64,000 bases of DNA from Acidimicrobiales bacterium (GCA_038231795.1 JBBRKR010000007.1:16491-80490); one strand, 5' to 3'; positions 1-9,153 are shown, numbered from the stretch's first letter. Numbers and translations: made by a program. Notes: generated from the letters alone by a model not told the origin.

Positions 1-425
1 CGGCGCCCATTGTCGATGTCGTGCACGAATGGCGAGCCGTAGTTGGGAGCAAACACGGTGGCGTTGCCGCCGATCTGCACGTTGTTGGCTGGGTTGCGAG
101 CATGCTGGGTGTACATCGCTGGAGCGCTTGCTTGCACAATTTGGCGACACATGCCGCGCGGGAACCGCACTCGTGTGCCGTCCACTATGGCCCCGGCATC
201 GCCGAACACTTTGAGGGCGCTCGGGTAGTCGCGGATCTCCACGCCGACTTCTTCCAGAATGGTGTCGGCGTTGTGCTCGATGATGGCCAAGCCCTCTTCG
301 CTCACAATTTCGTACGGCTTGAGCGTGCGAGTCATGAATGGATCGCGGGCAATGGTGTGGGCTGCTCGTACGGCTTGACGCCCAGAGCGGCCGCCGCTGC
401 GGCGTGCGGTTGGTTCTTCTGACAT
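1..425 (-). CDS. MttB-superfamily (trimethylamine / glycine-betaine type) corrinoid methyltransferase. Only the N-terminal ~141 codons are present; the gene continues past the left edge.
   Basis: Absent from the ORF track because there is no stop in the window. The reverse complement from ATG (425-423) reads MSEEPTARRSGGRSGRQAVRAAHTIARDPFMTRTLKPYEIVSEEGLAIIEHNADTILEEVGVEIRDYPSALKVFGDAGAIVDGTRVRFPRGMCRQIV..., a typical MttB-family N-terminus. AGGAGG lies at 429-434 (rc). The gene starts 11 nt after the upstream activase gene. Confidence 0.8.
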   Translation of the reverse strand, partial: MSEEPTARRSGGRSGRQAVRAAHTIARDPFMTRTLKPYEIVSEEGLAIIEHNADTILEEVGVEIRDYPSALKVFGDAGAIVDGTRVRFPRGMCRQIVQASAPAMYTQHARNPANNVQIGGNATVFAPNYGSPFVHDIDNGR

Positions 426-436
426 GGGTCCTCCTG

Positions 437-2425
437 TTAGGCCCGGCGACGGCGTCGGCCGCCAGCAGATTCGGATGATGCTGATCGTTCGGGGAGAGTA
501 ACGTGCGCCGCCATGTGCGTTGTGGGGGCATCGAGATGAGGAAAGGCCATGGCTTTCACGAACAGTTCCTGAAACTTGGGTTCGGTGGCTGTCTCAATTT
601 TGATGACGCCCCGCACTGCGAGTTCCATATCGGCGCGTTGCGATTTACTGAGCAACGCTCGCACAGCGCCGGCTCCCGCGGCGTTGCCGACTGACCGCAC
701 GCCAGCCAGTTCACAGTCCGGTACGAGCCCCAAAACCATGGCGTACAGCGGGTCGATGTGGGCGCCGAATGCCCCGGCAAGACGGATGTCGGTGAGTTGC
801 TCGATGCCTGCTTGGTCGACCAACAAATCAATACCGGCCCGCAGCGCTGCCTTCGCCAATTGGATGGCCCGCACGTCGTTTTGAGTGATCATGAGCTTGG
901 TCTCGCCATTGGTATGCAGCACGTAGGAAAAGGTGCGACCCTCTGCGATGACGCGCGGGCTACGTTCGCTCGCGGCACCGTTAATCACACCGTCGTACTC
1001 CACGATGCCAGCCAAAAACATTTCGGCAATGACTTCGATAATTCCCGAGCCACAAATACCACTAATGCTGAGTTCTTCTGTCGATTCGGCAAAGCCTGGA
1101 TCGTCGCTCCACAAATCTGAGCCGATCACTTTGAAACGTGGTTCGAGCGTCTCGCGATCGATGCGGACCCGTTCGATAGCGCCGGCGGTAGCCCGCTGCC
1201 CACAACTGATCTGAGCGCCTTCAAACGCTGGCCCTGTGGGGCTCGACGCCGCGTATTGCACGACGCTTGACCCCAGCACGATTTCGGCATTGGTACCCAC
1301 ATCCACCACCAACTGCATATGGTCGCTGTGATGGGGCTGCTCGGACAAAATGACGGCAGCGGTATCGGCGCCCACATGGCCAGCAATGCAGGGAGCGAAA
1401 TAGACGTTGGCGTTGGGGGCATCAATTTCGATATCGATCGCCCGGCAATGCACTGGCTCGCTGGTCGCCAAGATAAACGGCGCCATGCCAAGAGGTGTGG
1501 GGTCGATACCCAACATCAGGTGATGCATGATCGGGTTACCCACCAACACCACGTCGAGTACGTGGGTGGCTTCCACGCCCGCTGCGGCAATCAGTTCTGC
1601 CACTAGTTCGTTGAGCGCGGTGCGAACGGCGGCGGTGAGGTTGCGCTCACCGCCCGGGTTCATCATCACGTACGACACTCGGCTCATGAGGTCTTCGCCG
1701 AAACGGATTTGAGGATTCATCCGCCCCGCGCTGCCCAGAATTTCGCCGGAGCTGAGGTCGCAAATATGCCCCGCAATAGTGGTGGAGCCACAGTCGATGG
1801 CCACTCCGTAGGCGTTGCCCACAAAGCCAGGCCACAACGCCACGAGATCGCCGCCAGTGCTGAGGGCCACGGTCATTGGCCCTCGTTCAGCGTTGAGTGT
1901 GGGATGCAACGATGCCAACAATCGAGGCGGGATCGATCGCATCACCCGGTTGTGTTGGGCCTCCACAGCGTCGGCAATGAGCTCGGCTGCGCTGCGGTCA
2001 TCGCCGAGTACAGCCTCTGTCACATCGAGGTAGAGCAGCGTATAGTTAGGGTCGACCATCAGGCCGTCGACGTTGACAGATTTGCGCACCACTTGGCGAT
2101 GCACTTGGCTCTCTTCGGGAACGTCGATCACTACGTCGCTTTTGATAATCGCCGCGCATCCCAGCCACAGGCCCGACGACAACGAACGCTTGCCGGGGTA
2201 GTCGAGTTCGGTCTGCGTCCAGCCGCCAAGGGCGTCGGCGCGGGCGTCGATCTGCCATTTGGCGAAACTACCGGTGCCGGGGGTCACCATGCATCGGCCG
2301 CAAATACCGCGCCCGCCGCACACTGAATCGATGTCAACTCCGAGTTGGCGGGCAGCCGTCAACACGTTGGTGCCCGCGTCGAATTCACCATCTAAACCAG
2401 ACGGAGTGAATACGACACGAGCCAC
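437..2425 (-). CDS. Corrinoid reductive activase (RACo-like): N-terminal 2Fe-2S ferredoxin domain plus ASKHA/DUF4445 ATPase domain
   Basis: 662 aa. N-terminal plant-type 2Fe-2S cysteine cluster SVCGGRGICGRC, followed by a long ASKHA-like body. Located inside the corrinoid methyltransferase operon. Confidence 0.8.
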   Translation of the reverse strand: MARVVFTPSGLDGEFDAGTNVLTAARQLGVDIDSVCGGRGICGRCMVTPGTGSFAKWQIDARADALGGWTQTELDYPGKRSLSSGLWLGCAAIIKSDVVIDVPEESQVHRQVVRKSVNVDGLMVDPNYTLLYLDVTEAVLGDDRSAAELIADAVEAQHNRVMRSIPPRLLASLHPTLNAERGPMTVALSTGGDLVALWPGFVGNAYGVAIDCGSTTIAGHICDLSSGEILGSAGRMNPQIRFGEDLMSRVSYVMMNPGGERNLTAAVRTALNELVAELIAAAGVEATHVLDVVLVGNPIMHHLMLGIDPTPLGMAPFILATSEPVHCRAIDIEIDAPNANVYFAPCIAGHVGADTAAVILSEQPHHSDHMQLVVDVGTNAEIVLGSSVVQYAASSPTGPAFEGAQISCGQRATAGAIERVRIDRETLEPRFKVIGSDLWSDDPGFAESTEELSISGICGSGIIEVIAEMFLAGIVEYDGVINGAASERSPRVIAEGRTFSYVLHTNGETKLMITQNDVRAIQLAKAALRAGIDLLVDQAGIEQLTDIRLAGAFGAHIDPLYAMVLGLVPDCELAGVRSVGNAAGAGAVRALLSKSQRADMELAVRGVIKIETATEPKFQELFVKAMAFPHLDAPTTHMAAHVTLPERSASSESAGGRRRRRA

Positions 2426-2433
2426 GAAAACTC

Positions 2434-3339
2434 CTATTCGGTCGGGCGTCGACGACGCCCGCCTTCACGGCCTTCACGCCCACCAGTTGGTGCGTTGGGG
2501 TCGCGGTTGGCGCGAATCCAGTTGGCGCAATCGGCATCGTTGCCCGCCAGTACGTCGGCTGCTTTTACGGCTGCTTTCACTTCAGGGTGCATTGGATTCA
2601 TAATCGCCGAGGTCATGCCTGCCCCGATGGCCATCGACAAGAAGGTGCCTGTGATGGCGTTTCGATTGGGTAATCCAAAGCTCACATTGGAGGCACCGCA
2701 TGTGGTGTTGACGCCCAGCTCGTCGCGCAGGCGACCCACCAACTTGAAGACTTGCTGACCGGCGTAACGCAGCGCCCCAATGGGCATCACCAGCGGATCG
2801 ACCACGATGTCACAGGGCTTGATGCCGTAATCGCTGGCGCGGTTCACAATCTTTTGCGCCACCAAGAAACGCACGTTGGGGTCTTCAGAAATTCCCGTTT
2901 CGTCGTTGGAAATGGCCACTACCGCAGCACCGTATTTGGCAACCAGCGGGAGAACTCGTTCCATTTGTTCGTCTTCGCCCGTAACGGAGTTCACGAGAGG
3001 CTTGCCTTGGTACACGGCCAGGCCAGCAGCGAGGGCTTCCACAATCGACGAGTCGATCGACAGCGGCACGTCGACCACCGACTGCACGAGTTGAATGGCT
3101 CGGGCCAGCAACGCAGGCTCATCAGCCAATGGGATACCAGCGTTGACGTCGAGCATTTGCGCACCGGCGAGCACTTGGGCAATGGCATCGGCTTCCACGC
3201 GGCTGAAGTCGCCGACTTTCATCTCTTCGGCCAACAGTTTGCGGCCAGTGGGGTTGATACGTTCGCCGATCATCACGAAAGCGCGATCGAACCCGATGAC
3301 GACTTCCTTGGTGGCTGAGCTCAATATGGTGTGGGTCAT
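2434..3339 (-). CDS. Pterin-binding methyltransferase (methylcorrinoid:tetrahydrofolate methyltransferase, MtgA/MeTr-like)
   Basis: 301 aa. Pterin-binding TIM-barrel signature regions: ERINPTG, LDVNAG, SIDSS, LVNSV, GASNVSFGLP. Its stop overlaps nothing, and its start overlaps the upstream gene by 4 nt. Confidence 0.8.
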   Translation of the reverse strand: MTHTILSSATKEVVIGFDRAFVMIGERINPTGRKLLAEEMKVGDFSRVEADAIAQVLAGAQMLDVNAGIPLADEPALLARAIQLVQSVVDVPLSIDSSIVEALAAGLAVYQGKPLVNSVTGEDEQMERVLPLVAKYGAAVVAISNDETGISEDPNVRFLVAQKIVNRASDYGIKPCDIVVDPLVMPIGALRYAGQQVFKLVGRLRDELGVNTTCGASNVSFGLPNRNAITGTFLSMAIGAGMTSAIMNPMHPEVKAAVKAADVLAGNDADCANWIRANRDPNAPTGGREGREGGRRRRPTE

Positions 3340-3764
3340 TCTTCGTCCTCGTCGTCGACGTTGGTGAAAGGGTCTGGTGCTTCTTCGCCATGTTCGGCGG
3401 CGTAGGCGGCATCGATGGCGTCGGCTTCTTTGACCCGATCGCGGCCCGGGCCGCGTAACACGTCGCCGCCTTCAATTCCCCCGCGGGCGGCCAAGTCGCG
3501 CAGGCGATCCTTGGTGTATTCGGCATCGATCAATCCGGCATGGGATGTGGCTTCGTTGATCAAGTCGTTGCTGCACGCTTTGGTTTCCCGCCGCCATTGT
3601 TCGACGTAGTCGTGAGCTGTGGTAACGCCAGCAAACATGGCGGCGCGATCGATGGCTTTTTGAAAGCGATGATCGAGCAACACTTGATGGCGGTCGCGAC
3701 CTGCCTGGGCGTTGACTTGGGCGGGGATGTCACGCCAATAAATCACAACCAATTTTGCCGCCAT
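3336..3764 (-). CDS. Small conserved protein of unknown function. It resembles the so-called 'virulence factor' family seen in corrinoid methyltransferase clusters. It has an acidic C-terminal tail.
   Basis: The internal ATG at 3764 gives MAAKLVVIYWRDIPAQVNAQ... (142 aa), starting 1 nt after the DUF1638 stop. The longer ORF to 3884 would overlap DUF1638 by 119 nt. The C-terminus is EEAPDPFTNVDDEDEE. Confidence 0.55.
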   Translation of the reverse strand: MAAKLVVIYWRDIPAQVNAQAGRDRHQVLLDHRFQKAIDRAAMFAGVTTAHDYVEQWRRETKACSNDLINEATSHAGLIDAEYTKDRLRDLAARGGIEGGDVLRGPGRDRVKEADAIDAAYAAEHGEEAPDPFTNVDDEDEE

Positions 3765-3765
3765 A

Positions 3766-4389
3766 TCAAACAACCTTCCCGGCCGACAGGCCAGTGATTT
3801 CCACCATTGCTGATGCGAATGGAGCGAGGCCCACATGACGATGTTCGAATCGCAAACCGATTCGGGCGGCGGCTTCTTGACCAAGGGTGATGAGTTCCGG
3901 ATCGTCTGATTGCGTGATCAAAATGACTCGTGTGTAGTTGCCAAAATACGTGTCACGGAGCTCGGGATGTTTGTCGAGACCGAGGCCCACAATCACCAGT
4001 TGTTCAAATTGGCGCACCAAGAAATCGGTGAGAAAAAACGTGCCGGGCTCGGCCTCGTGCCATGCCGCGAAATCGATGGAGCCGCTGAAAAACTCATAGC
4101 AATGCGCTCCAGGGAGACGGGTGATGTTCGTGCCGGCAATACGGGCGTCGAGCAATCCACCAGTGCCGCAATCGGCGTACCCCAAGCTGATCGAACCGTA
4201 GTTGGCTCCCCGTTCAGCGATGAGCTCACTCACCCGATCGGGTATGCGGTGGGGCCGATTGTGCAACGAGGCTGGAAGATATTCGACATCAATGTGGTGG
4301 TCAGGCAGTTGGGCAAGCACGGCACGTATCTCTCTGACTAACGCGCCGCAAGCAATAACGAGATGACGGTTAGGCGGAGTGTGCGGCAC
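3766..4389 (-). CDS. DUF1638 domain protein
   Basis: 207 aa. The region HLVIACGALVREI...YADCGTGGLLD...FFLTDFL matches my recollection of DUF1638, a family habitually linked to corrinoid methyltransferase genes. It overlaps the corrinoid protein gene by 20 nt. Confidence 0.6.
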   Translation of the reverse strand: MPHTPPNRHLVIACGALVREIRAVLAQLPDHHIDVEYLPASLHNRPHRIPDRVSELIAERGANYGSISLGYADCGTGGLLDARIAGTNITRLPGAHCYEFFSGSIDFAAWHEAEPGTFFLTDFLVRQFEQLVIVGLGLDKHPELRDTYFGNYTRVILITQSDDPELITLGQEAAARIGLRFEHRHVGLAPFASAMVEITGLSAGKVV

Positions 4390-5074
4390 GACGTTGCGCC
4401 ACCAAGGCCTTGGCCATTTCGGCGGCTACGGCGGCATCACGGCAGTAGGCATCGGCGCCAATGGCGTTCCCGAATTCTTCATTGAGTGGTGCACCGCCCA
4501 CCAACACGATGTAGTCGTCGCGCAGGCCCTTGGACACCAATGTGTCGATGACAACCTTCATGTATGGCATGGTCGTGGTGAGCAATGCCGACAGACCCAG
4601 GATGTCGGGCTTGTGCAATTCGAGGGCTGCCAAATATTTGTCGGCGTCGGTGTTGATGCCGAGGTCGAACACTTCGAATCCGGCGCCTTCCAACATCATC
4701 GCCACCAGGTTTTTGCCAATGTCGTGAATGTCGCCCTTGACGGTGCCGATGACCACTTTGCCGATCGGCGGGACGCCGGTCTCGGCCAACAGTGGCCTCA
4801 GAATAAACATGCCAGCCTTCATGGCGTTGGCGCTCAAAAGCACCTCCGGCACAAACAGGATTCCGTCACGGAAGTCGATGCCCACGATACGCATGCCCTC
4901 TACGAGAGCTTCATCTAGAACACGAGAGGCGCTCCACCCGCGACCCAACAAAATGTTGGTGCCCTCTGTGATTTCAGCGGCCAGACCGTCGTACAGATCG
5001 TCGTGCATCTGCTTGGTGAGGTCGTCGTCGTTCAGACTGTTGAGATCAATTTCTTCGAAATCGTCGTCGCTCAT
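4370..5074 (-). CDS. Corrinoid (cobalamin-binding) methyl-carrier protein, MtgC/MttC-like
   Basis: B12-binding helical cap plus a Rossmann domain with the DxHxxG motif (GDIHDIGKNLV). The start is chosen at ATG 5074 (MSDDDFEE...), which has AGGAG 7 nt upstream. The longest ORF starts at 5098. Confidence 0.85.
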   Translation of the reverse strand: MSDDDFEEIDLNSLNDDDLTKQMHDDLYDGLAAEITEGTNILLGRGWSASRVLDEALVEGMRIVGIDFRDGILFVPEVLLSANAMKAGMFILRPLLAETGVPPIGKVVIGTVKGDIHDIGKNLVAMMLEGAGFEVFDLGINTDADKYLAALELHKPDILGLSALLTTTMPYMKVVIDTLVSKGLRDDYIVLVGGAPLNEEFGNAIGADAYCRDAAVAAEMAKALVAQRRAAHSA

Positions 5075-5125
5075 CGTGGCTCCTAAAAGGCCCTGCATCG
5101 GGTGATGTCTGAGATGGGAATACTG

Positions 5126-5169
5126 TACGGAAATTCCGTAATGCGGAAACTATCCGCAATGTGGAATTT
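5126..5169. promoter_or_regulatory. Cluster of GGAA/TTCC palindromes: a candidate operator upstream of the corrinoid operon
   Basis: TACGGAA-A-TTCCGTA (5126-5140) is a perfect inverted repeat. TGCGGA-AACTA-TCCGCA lies at 5142-5158. TCCGCAATGTGGAAT (5153-5167) matches 12 of 15 positions of TCCGCTTCGTGGAAT at 11824-11838. Confidence 0.45.
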
Positions 5170-5180
5170 ACCCTGGGGAT

Positions 5181-5198
5181 GGTACCACGGTGGGTACC
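5181..5198. promoter_or_regulatory. GGTACCACG-GTGGGTACC element, repeated at 52849-52868
   Basis: GGTACCACGGTGGGTACC here versus GGTACCACGAGGTGGGTACC at 52849-52868. Both are intergenic and upstream of minus-strand genes. A related GTGGGTACGGCGGGTAC lies at 9135-9151. Confidence 0.35.
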
Positions 5199-5204
5199 GA
5201 ACGG

Positions 5205-6845
5205 TCACGCTGGCGTGATGTAGTAATCGACGTGTTCGGGAGGCAGCGGTTCGATGCCCAAAATGATGTCGGCGGCTTTCTCGGCCAACATCATCACGGG
5301 GGCATAAATATTGCCGTTTGTCACGTGACGCATGGCCGACGCGTCAACGACACGCAGCCCGCCAAGGCCATGCACGCGCATGGTGACGGGGTCGATCACG
5401 CTCATGTCGTCGGTGCCCATTCTGCATGTGCACGACGGGTGCAAAGCCGTCTCGCCATCGGTGCGAACCCACTCCAAAATCTCTTCCCCCGTGGCGACCG
5501 CCGGCCCTGGCGACAGCTCGCCGTTCGTGAACGGTTCGAACGCCGGCTGAGCCAAAATCAGGCGTGTGACACGCACGGCTTCTTCCCACTCTTGGCGATC
5601 TTCTGGGGTGGACAGGTAGTTGAATTGCAACTTTGGTTTGGCCCGCGGATCGCGGGAGGCAATCTTTACCCAGCCTCGCGAATTCGAATACATGGGGCCC
5701 ACGTGCACTTGATATCCGTGACCGCCAGCCGGGGCCGATCCGTCGTATCGCACTGCGATCGGCAAGAAGTGATACATCAGGTTGGGATACTTCACGGTGT
5801 CGTTGGAACGGATAAAGCCGCCCGCCTCAAAGTGGTTCGTGGCGCCGGGACCCTTGCGGAAGAACAGCCACTGGAACCCAATCCACGGGCGGTTGCGCCA
5901 CTTCAGCGCCGGTGCCATCGACACTGGTTGTTTGCAGCCGTGCTGCACGTAGACCTCTAGGTGGTCTTCCATGTTTTCGCCAACGCCCGGAAGGTCATGC
6001 ACCACGGGGATGCCGAGAGTGGCGAGTTCAACGGCGTTGCCCACGCCTGACAATTGCAGTATTTGGGGGGTGTTGATGGCGCCGCCGCACAAGATGATTT
6101 CTTTGCCCACCGCCACGGTGGTGGCGCCTTTGCGAATTTGGTACTCCACACCAGTGGCTGTTTTGCCGTCGAAAATGATCTTGTTGACCAATGCTCTGGT
6201 GAGCACGGTGAGGTTGGGCCGCGACTTCTTTACTGGATGCAAATAGGCACGGGCGGCCGACAGGCGACGACCATTACGAATGTTGCGGTCAAACATGGCG
6301 AAGCCTTCCTGCTTATACCCGTTGACATCCTTCGTGAGCGGGAATCCAGCCTGTTGCACTGCTTCGAAAAAGGCACCAAACAACGGGTTTGTGGCCGGGC
6401 CACGCTCGAGCTCCAATGGGCCATGATCACCGCGGTATTCGTCGCCACCGGCAAGGCAATTTTCCATGCGTTTGAAGTACGGCAAACAGTGGGCGTAGCT
6501 CCACGTGGCCATGCCCGGCTCGCTCGCCCACCGCTCGAAATCCAATGGGTTGCCGCGTTGGAAAATCATGCAGTTGATGCTGGATGACCCACCGAGCACT
6601 TTGCCGCGAGCGTGGTAGATCTTGCGTCCGTTCATAAATGGCTCTGGTTCTGACTCGTATTTCCAATCGTAGAATTTGCTGCCGATCGGAAACGTGAGCG
6701 CAGCGGGCATGTGTATGAACACGTCCCACTTGTAATCGGGCCGCCCTGCCTCGAGCACGAGCACCTTGTTGTTGGGGTCGGCGCTCAGGCGGTTGGCAAG
6801 TGCGCAACCAGCTGAACCTCCACCCACGATGATGTAGTCGTACAT
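5205..6845 (-). CDS. betA: Choline dehydrogenase (GMC flavoprotein oxidoreductase)
   Basis: 546 aa. The N-terminus [33 protein letters not shown]...MPAAL...[12 protein letters not shown]...[11 protein letters not shown] closely parallels BetA. Confidence 0.85.
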   Translation of the reverse strand: MYDYIIVGGGSAGCALANRLSADPNNKVLVLEAGRPDYKWDVFIHMPAALTFPIGSKFYDWKYESEPEPFMNGRKIYHARGKVLGGSSSINCMIFQRGNPLDFERWASEPGMATWSYAHCLPYFKRMENCLAGGDEYRGDHGPLELERGPATNPLFGAFFEAVQQAGFPLTKDVNGYKQEGFAMFDRNIRNGRRLSAARAYLHPVKKSRPNLTVLTRALVNKIIFDGKTATGVEYQIRKGATTVAVGKEIILCGGAINTPQILQLSGVGNAVELATLGIPVVHDLPGVGENMEDHLEVYVQHGCKQPVSMAPALKWRNRPWIGFQWLFFRKGPGATNHFEAGGFIRSNDTVKYPNLMYHFLPIAVRYDGSAPAGGHGYQVHVGPMYSNSRGWVKIASRDPRAKPKLQFNYLSTPEDRQEWEEAVRVTRLILAQPAFEPFTNGELSPGPAVATGEEILEWVRTDGETALHPSCTCRMGTDDMSVIDPVTMRVHGLGGLRVVDASAMRHVTNGNIYAPVMMLAEKAADIILGIEPLPPEHVDYYITPA

Positions 6846-6869
6846 CGGAATCTCGCTATTCGTGTTGCT

Positions 6870-8339
6870 CTAGTAGGGCGCCTCGACGTCGCCCATTTCG
6901 ACGTAGACGCTTTTGATTTGTGTGTAGTGATTGATGGCAGCGGATCCGTTTTCGCGGCCGATTCCCGATTGCTTGTAACCGCCGAACGGCATCTCGATGG
7001 GCGTGATGTTGTAGTTGTTAATCCATGTGGTGCCGGCCTGCAAACGGGCGATCACGTCGTGGGCTCGCCGGAGATCGTTAGTGAACACGCCAGCCGCCAA
7101 GCCAAACTCGGTGTCGTTGGCCCGGGCCACAACTTCGTCGTCGTCGTCGAAGCTGAGCACGCACATGACGGGGCCGAAAATCTCTTCCTGAACGATGGTC
7201 ATGTCGTCGCGGCAGTCGTCGAAAATCGTGGGCAGAACGAAGTTGCCATTGGCCAATGCGGGGTCTTCTGGTCGGCTGCCGCCACACACCACATGGGCAC
7301 CTTCTGCGATGCCGGCTGCGATGTAGCCAAGCACCTTGGCGGTGTGATCTTGGGAGATTAAGGCGCCCACATGGGTGGCGGGATTTTGAGGGTCGCCGAT
7401 CACCATTTTGCGGGTGCGGGCCACGAGACGGCGCACAAACTCGGCCTTGATCGACGAGTGCACGAACACCCGAGTGCCGTTGGAGCACACCTCGCCTTGG
7501 GTATAGAAGTTGGCCATGAGCGCGGCCGATACGGCGTTGTCGAGGTGGGCATCTTCGAAAATAATGAGCGGACTTTTGCCGCCCAGTTCCAGGGTGACGC
7601 TCTTGAGTGTGTCAGCGGCTTGGGCCATGACCTTGCGGCCGGTGCCCACTTCGCCAGTGAGCGACACCTTGGCCACGCCGGGATGGGAGCTCAGCATCTG
7701 CCCCACGCGTCCGTCGCCTTGCATCACGTTGAACACGCCGTCGGGTAGACCAGCTTCTGTGTAGATCTCGGCCAGTTTCATGGCCGTGAGGGGTGTGAGT
7801 TCGGCGGGCTTGAAGATCATGGCGTTGCCGCATGCCAGGGCGGGAGCTGATTTCCAACAGGCGATTTGGATCGGGTAATTCCATGCCCCGATGCCCACGC
7901 ACACACCAAGCGGTTCCCGGCGGGTGTAAGCCCAATTGCGGCCCAGATCAATGTGCTCTCCCGTGAGGGTGGCCGCCATTCCCGCGTAGTACTCGATGCA
8001 ATCTGCGCCCGACAGAACGTCCACGTAGAGCGCTTCGGAAATGGGCTTGCCGGTGTCGATTACTTCGAGCCTGGCGAGTTCTGCGTTGCGTTCCCGCAAG
8101 ATGCGTACCGCGTTGTTGAGGATGCGGCCCCGGGCCGCGCCCGACATGGAACGCCACTGGGCAAAGCCCTCCTGTGCCGATGTGACACATGCGTCAACAT
8201 CGGCGGCCGACGACTGACCCACTGCCGTGATGACGGTGTTGGTGGCCGGGTTGATGGAGTCAAACGTCTCGCCGGAGGTGACGGGCGAATGGGCGCCGTG
8301 AACGTAGTTGCCCACGGTCGAGGTGGAGGTGGGGTTCAC
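6870..8339 (-). CDS. betB: Betaine-aldehyde dehydrogenase (NAD-dependent ALDH family)
   Basis: 489 aa. ALDH motifs TLELGGKSP and GEVCSNGTR (catalytic Cys). Lies directly upstream of betA. Its start overlaps the IclR stop by 4 nt. Confidence 0.8.
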   Translation of the reverse strand: MNPTSTSTVGNYVHGAHSPVTSGETFDSINPATNTVITAVGQSSAADVDACVTSAQEGFAQWRSMSGAARGRILNNAVRILRERNAELARLEVIDTGKPISEALYVDVLSGADCIEYYAGMAATLTGEHIDLGRNWAYTRREPLGVCVGIGAWNYPIQIACWKSAPALACGNAMIFKPAELTPLTAMKLAEIYTEAGLPDGVFNVMQGDGRVGQMLSSHPGVAKVSLTGEVGTGRKVMAQAADTLKSVTLELGGKSPLIIFEDAHLDNAVSAALMANFYTQGEVCSNGTRVFVHSSIKAEFVRRLVARTRKMVIGDPQNPATHVGALISQDHTAKVLGYIAAGIAEGAHVVCGGSRPEDPALANGNFVLPTIFDDCRDDMTIVQEEIFGPVMCVLSFDDDDEVVARANDTEFGLAAGVFTNDLRRAHDVIARLQAGTTWINNYNITPIEMPFGGYKQSGIGRENGSAAINHYTQIKSVYVEMGDVEAPY

Positions 8340-9112
8340 GATGCATGCTCCGATTTCACGGTGGTCAGGGTGGTGTTGTCAACGATTCGCTTTGCCGTGT
8401 CGATGACTGTTTGCGCAACTTCTGCTGCCGTGCCGGCCGAGGGGAATCGGTAGGCCGGCCCATGGGCATGGACGGCGCCGATCACCTCACCAGTTCGGGA
8501 AATGATTGGCGCAGCAACCGAATTGATGCCCTCCAGAAACTCTTCGTACACCCAACAAAATCCTTGGTGCCGTATGGCGGTGAGGCGTTTGCGCACGGCT
8601 CGGTGCTCCACCACCGAATTGGCGGTGAAGCGTTCCAACGGTCGCGACAAGTAGTCGTCGACAAATTCAGTTGGCGAGTGGGCCAGGAGAACTAGCCCAG
8701 AGGAGACCACGTGCAGCGGTACAGATTCGCCTGTCCAGTCGCGTACCTGCACGGCGTTGGTGGACTCCACTTGATCGATGTAACGCACTGAGCCACCATC
8801 CATCACGCTTAATCCAGTGGCTTCTCCGGTGTCATTCATAAGCGCCACCAGATGGGGTTTGGCGGCTGCGCCAAGGTCCCGGCCTGGTTGCACGGCGTCG
8901 GCGATTTCGAGGAACCCAGCACCGATCCGGTAGCGGCCGCCTGACGTAATTTGCTCAACTGCGCTGAGTTGTTCCAGCGTGCTCAAAAGACGCGACACGG
9001 TGCTTTTGGGCAGCCCGACAATGTCGGCCAATTCAGTGACTCCCGCTGCTCCCCCGGCCAAGCTGCGCAACACAGAAAAGGCTCGCTCGATTGATTGAAC
9101 GCTCGACATCAA
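8336..9112 (-). CDS. IclR-family transcriptional regulator
   Basis: 258 aa. N-terminal wHTH ([14 protein letters not shown]...[23 protein letters not shown]) followed by an IclR effector domain. Confidence 0.85.
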   Translation of the reverse strand: MMSSVQSIERAFSVLRSLAGGAAGVTELADIVGLPKSTVSRLLSTLEQLSAVEQITSGGRYRIGAGFLEIADAVQPGRDLGAAAKPHLVALMNDTGEATGLSVMDGGSVRYIDQVESTNAVQVRDWTGESVPLHVVSSGLVLLAHSPTEFVDDYLSRPLERFTANSVVEHRAVRKRLTAIRHQGFCWVYEEFLEGINSVAAPIISRTGEVIGAVHAHGPAYRFPSAGTAAEVAQTVIDTAKRIVDNTTLTTVKSEHAS

Positions 9113-9153
9113 ACTCCCTTGTGCGCTTCTCTGTGTGGGTACGGCGGGTACTT

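Noticed and set aside
1-425. An in-frame amber (pyrrolysine) codon in the MttB-family gene.
   Set aside because: None occurs in the 141 visible codons. The Pyl position of true TMA methyltransferases lies further downstream, outside the window, so this cannot be decided here.
5099-5204. A possible cobalamin riboswitch in front of the corrinoid-protein operon.
   Set aside because: The space is only ~105 nt. I could not find a B12-box-like GCCACTG core on either strand. The region is instead filled with short DNA palindromes typical of protein operators.
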